From the NCBI GenBank assembly GCA_043228905.1, contig JBHGNT010000002.1:10540001-10604000 (forward strand): a stretch of DNA of 64,000 bases, given 5' to 3'. This document shows, piece by piece, positions 61,430 through 64,000 of this stretch. The notes under the pieces are model-generated. The model saw only the letters and a program-made list of their open reading frames with translations. It searched no databases and had not been told where the DNA came from. How positions within the stretch are numbered: the stretch's first letter is position 1; each line of letters starts with the position of its first letter. The translations under genes were made by a program, and so were the position numbers. The stretch comes from Azolla caroliniana (Eukaryota > Plantae > Polypodiophyta).

Positions 61430-64000
61430 CAAAGAAGGATAGAAGAAATCACGTAGAGGGTTCCTAGTACACAACCGGCGGGGATAGAAAAAGGCGAATC
61501 GAGCAGAGCAAGGAAATTGTATTGTTATTTTTGTTGGCAGGAAGGATAGTATAGCAATCAATGCCCAGTCATGGCTCAGGAGAAACAACCGGTAGTGAAC
61601 ATGGTGACAACAGAAGTAACCGGAGTGCAGCAGGTCACCACCCAAGCAAAAGGGAAGACCGCGGAGTCAGAGACTCAAGAAGTGTTAAGAAGGACAACCC
61701 AACGGTGGGTAGAGAAAACAAATCAGCAAAATGCGGAGTGAGCGTTATGAGAATTAAGCAAACAAAGAAAGGAGGCCACCAACAGAGCAAATGAAGAATT
61801 ATGCCTGGAGAATCTGGCATGGTAGGAGCTCACAAATTGTCAGATAATGATACCATTCAACAGACTTTTACAGTTGGTACCTCGATTCGTGGAGGCAATC
61901 ACAACCACTCATAAAAGGGACCCACTACTCGTAGCCCCGGTCCAATTCACGAATCCAAGCGAAGGACCCACAGTGATGGATGAAAACAATACGAGGGTGA
62001 TAGTAATTGTCACAAGTAAATTCCTGGAACGATAATTGATGGGGGATCCGGAGTAAACGTCACGAGTAAAAATACGTGTGACAAATTAGGAAATTGAGAA
62101 TGGGAACCATGCCCATTCTGGTTAAGGATGGCGGATATGAGCTCAGTCCGACCAATAGGACTCATCCAAAACCTAGAAATCACCATGGGAGATCATGCTT
62201 TCCAAATATCGGCAGAATTTAAAGATGTATTCGCCTTGTCCTATGAAGATATGAAGGGACTACACCTGAAGTTCTATCAACATCAAATTCACCTCAGCAA
62301 AGACGTGAAACTGGTGGCTCAAAGGCATTACCGAATGAAGCCCAAGTATGCGATTAAAGTAAAGGAGGAAATTGACAAATGATTAAGAGTTGGCTTTATC
62401 CGACTAGTCAAGCAAGCTACGTGGCTCAACGCAATTGTGGTAGTACCCAAAAAGAATGGGAAAATTTGAGTTTGTGTGGAGCATTTGGATCACCTCCGTA
62501 TGTGTTTGGAGAAATGATGTAACTTGCGCTTAAGCCTGAACGCGAAAAAGTGTGCCTTCGGAATAGCAAACGATGCCCTATTGGGTCACATCATCAGTAA
62601 GGACGGAATTGCCATAGATACAAACAAAGTAAAAGCTATACTAGCAGCACCCGCACTAGCAAATGCAAAGGCATTAAGCAAATTTCTTGTTTAGATCCGG
62701 TGGCACAGTCGGATGCTCCGGTATTTGGCAGATTTTGCCACACCATTACATGCCCCGGTGCATCAACTATCATTCCAATGGATGGAGTAGGGGGAAAAGG
62801 CTTACTGAGGCTTAAAAGTAATGCTATCTCAGGCCCCAGTGGTTCAACCACTGGACTGTACAATAGAGTTTCACGTTTTTGTAGATGCCTCAAACATTGC
62901 AATTAGCAACGTACAAATGCAGCTGACGGAGGCAAACTGGTACTGGCCGGTATACTACGCGAGCCTAAAACACTCTAAGGCAGAAGGGAACTAGTCGACT
63001 ATAGAATGGGAAGCATTGGGAATGGTATACAACGTTACAAAATATAGCCACTATTAGTTGGGGCGGAAATTCTCATTCCATGTAGATCATTCGGTGCTAA
63101 TATACTTGGTCTCCAAAGCCTCATTAACAGGAAAATTAGCTAGATGGACTCTACTTCTACAAGAGTTTGAGTTCGATATTTATCATCGACCTGGCGTCTA
63201 GCACGCCATAACAGATTACTTAAGCCAGTTAGAGTCTAGAGAAATAGGTGTCAGAGTATAGGACGAATTTCCGGATGCCCAATTGTTTCAAGTCGCAGCC
63301 GACGAATCAACAACCAAGGTGCTTCAATCTAAAGGCAAATGGATTACAAACATGCAACAGTTCTTAGGTATTGTCCTACCACCAGAAGAGATGAGTCAAG
63401 ATGATCAGAAGCGGTTGGCAGTCCAGAGCCGACACTTTTGTGTCATACAAGACATGATGTATCACAAAGGAGCGGATGGAATATGGAGATGAGCGGTTCG
63501 AAGCGACGAGAAGGATGTGGTGTTAGGGAAGCTCATTGTGGAGTAACCGGCAAACACTATGCCAGAGAGGCCACAACCAGGAAGATGTGGCGGAGCGGCT
63601 TGTGGTGGCCAACCACCCTGAAAGATGTCATCCCATATTGTCGTCAATGTGGCTTATGTCAGAGAATGGACCAACAAACGGAGCAGGCATAGATGCCTGC
63701 CCCACCAACCGATGCTACCACTGGAATTGTTCTAGAAGTGGGGATTGGATTTTGTCGGGTTATTCAAGCCAACGGCAACACGTACCAATAATAGGTACAT
63801 CATAGTCGCCATAAATTACTGCACCAAATGGGTAGAAACTAAGGCACTACAAGATAACACAATAGCTTCAACCGCGGAATTTTTGTATGAGAACATTTGG
63901 TGTAGGTTTGGATGTCTGATTGAATTAATCAGTGATCAAGGAGGGCACTTCATCGGCCAAGTCGTAGAGATCTTGACATTGTTTTATGCCATCGTACATA
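61430..64000 (+). pseudogene. Decayed non-chromoviral gypsy gag end/PR/RT/RNaseH/INT, probably the continuation of element D
   Basis: CYFCWQEG..NQCP knuckle, IDGGSGVNV protease, EFKDVFA..RMKPKYA RT start, FHVFVDASN RNase H, WGLDFVG..YCTKWVE..SDQG integrase; many stops and frameshifts. Confidence 0.8.

Overview
Eukaryotic land-plant genomic DNA; the transposon set suggests a non-seed plant, but that is inference. The left ~2.3 kb holds the 5' exons of a minus-strand HAK/KUP/KT potassium transporter gene. Almost everything from 7.2 kb on is nested transposons whose ends and target-site duplications (TSDs) can be read directly. Cluster 1 (7226-25427) is a young Ty1/copia element interrupted by two intact chromoviral Ty3/gypsy elements. 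One has TG..TA LTR ends; the other is Tcn1/sushi-like, with a self-priming PBS, a -1 frameshift signal and a long heat-shock-element array in its LTR. Cluster 2 (26065 to the window end) is a probable six-level nest: old gypsy > old copia > small hAT-like element > tRNA-Trp-primed gypsy with 4-bp TSD > copia > 11.4-kb DNA transposon. The innermost element (45141-56572; 25-bp TIRs, 4-bp TSD AGGA) is the most interesting object. It encodes an apparently intact spliced ~863-aa Sola2-like DDD transposase and a convergent spliced cargo gene (coiled-coil plus RING-H2, followed by an FCP1/SCP-like phosphatase-fold ORF). One large intron of each gene is filled with an array of the 14-bp palindrome TAGCTAATTAGCTA, which also flanks both TIRs. 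Family assignments come from motif recognition by eye, not database searches.
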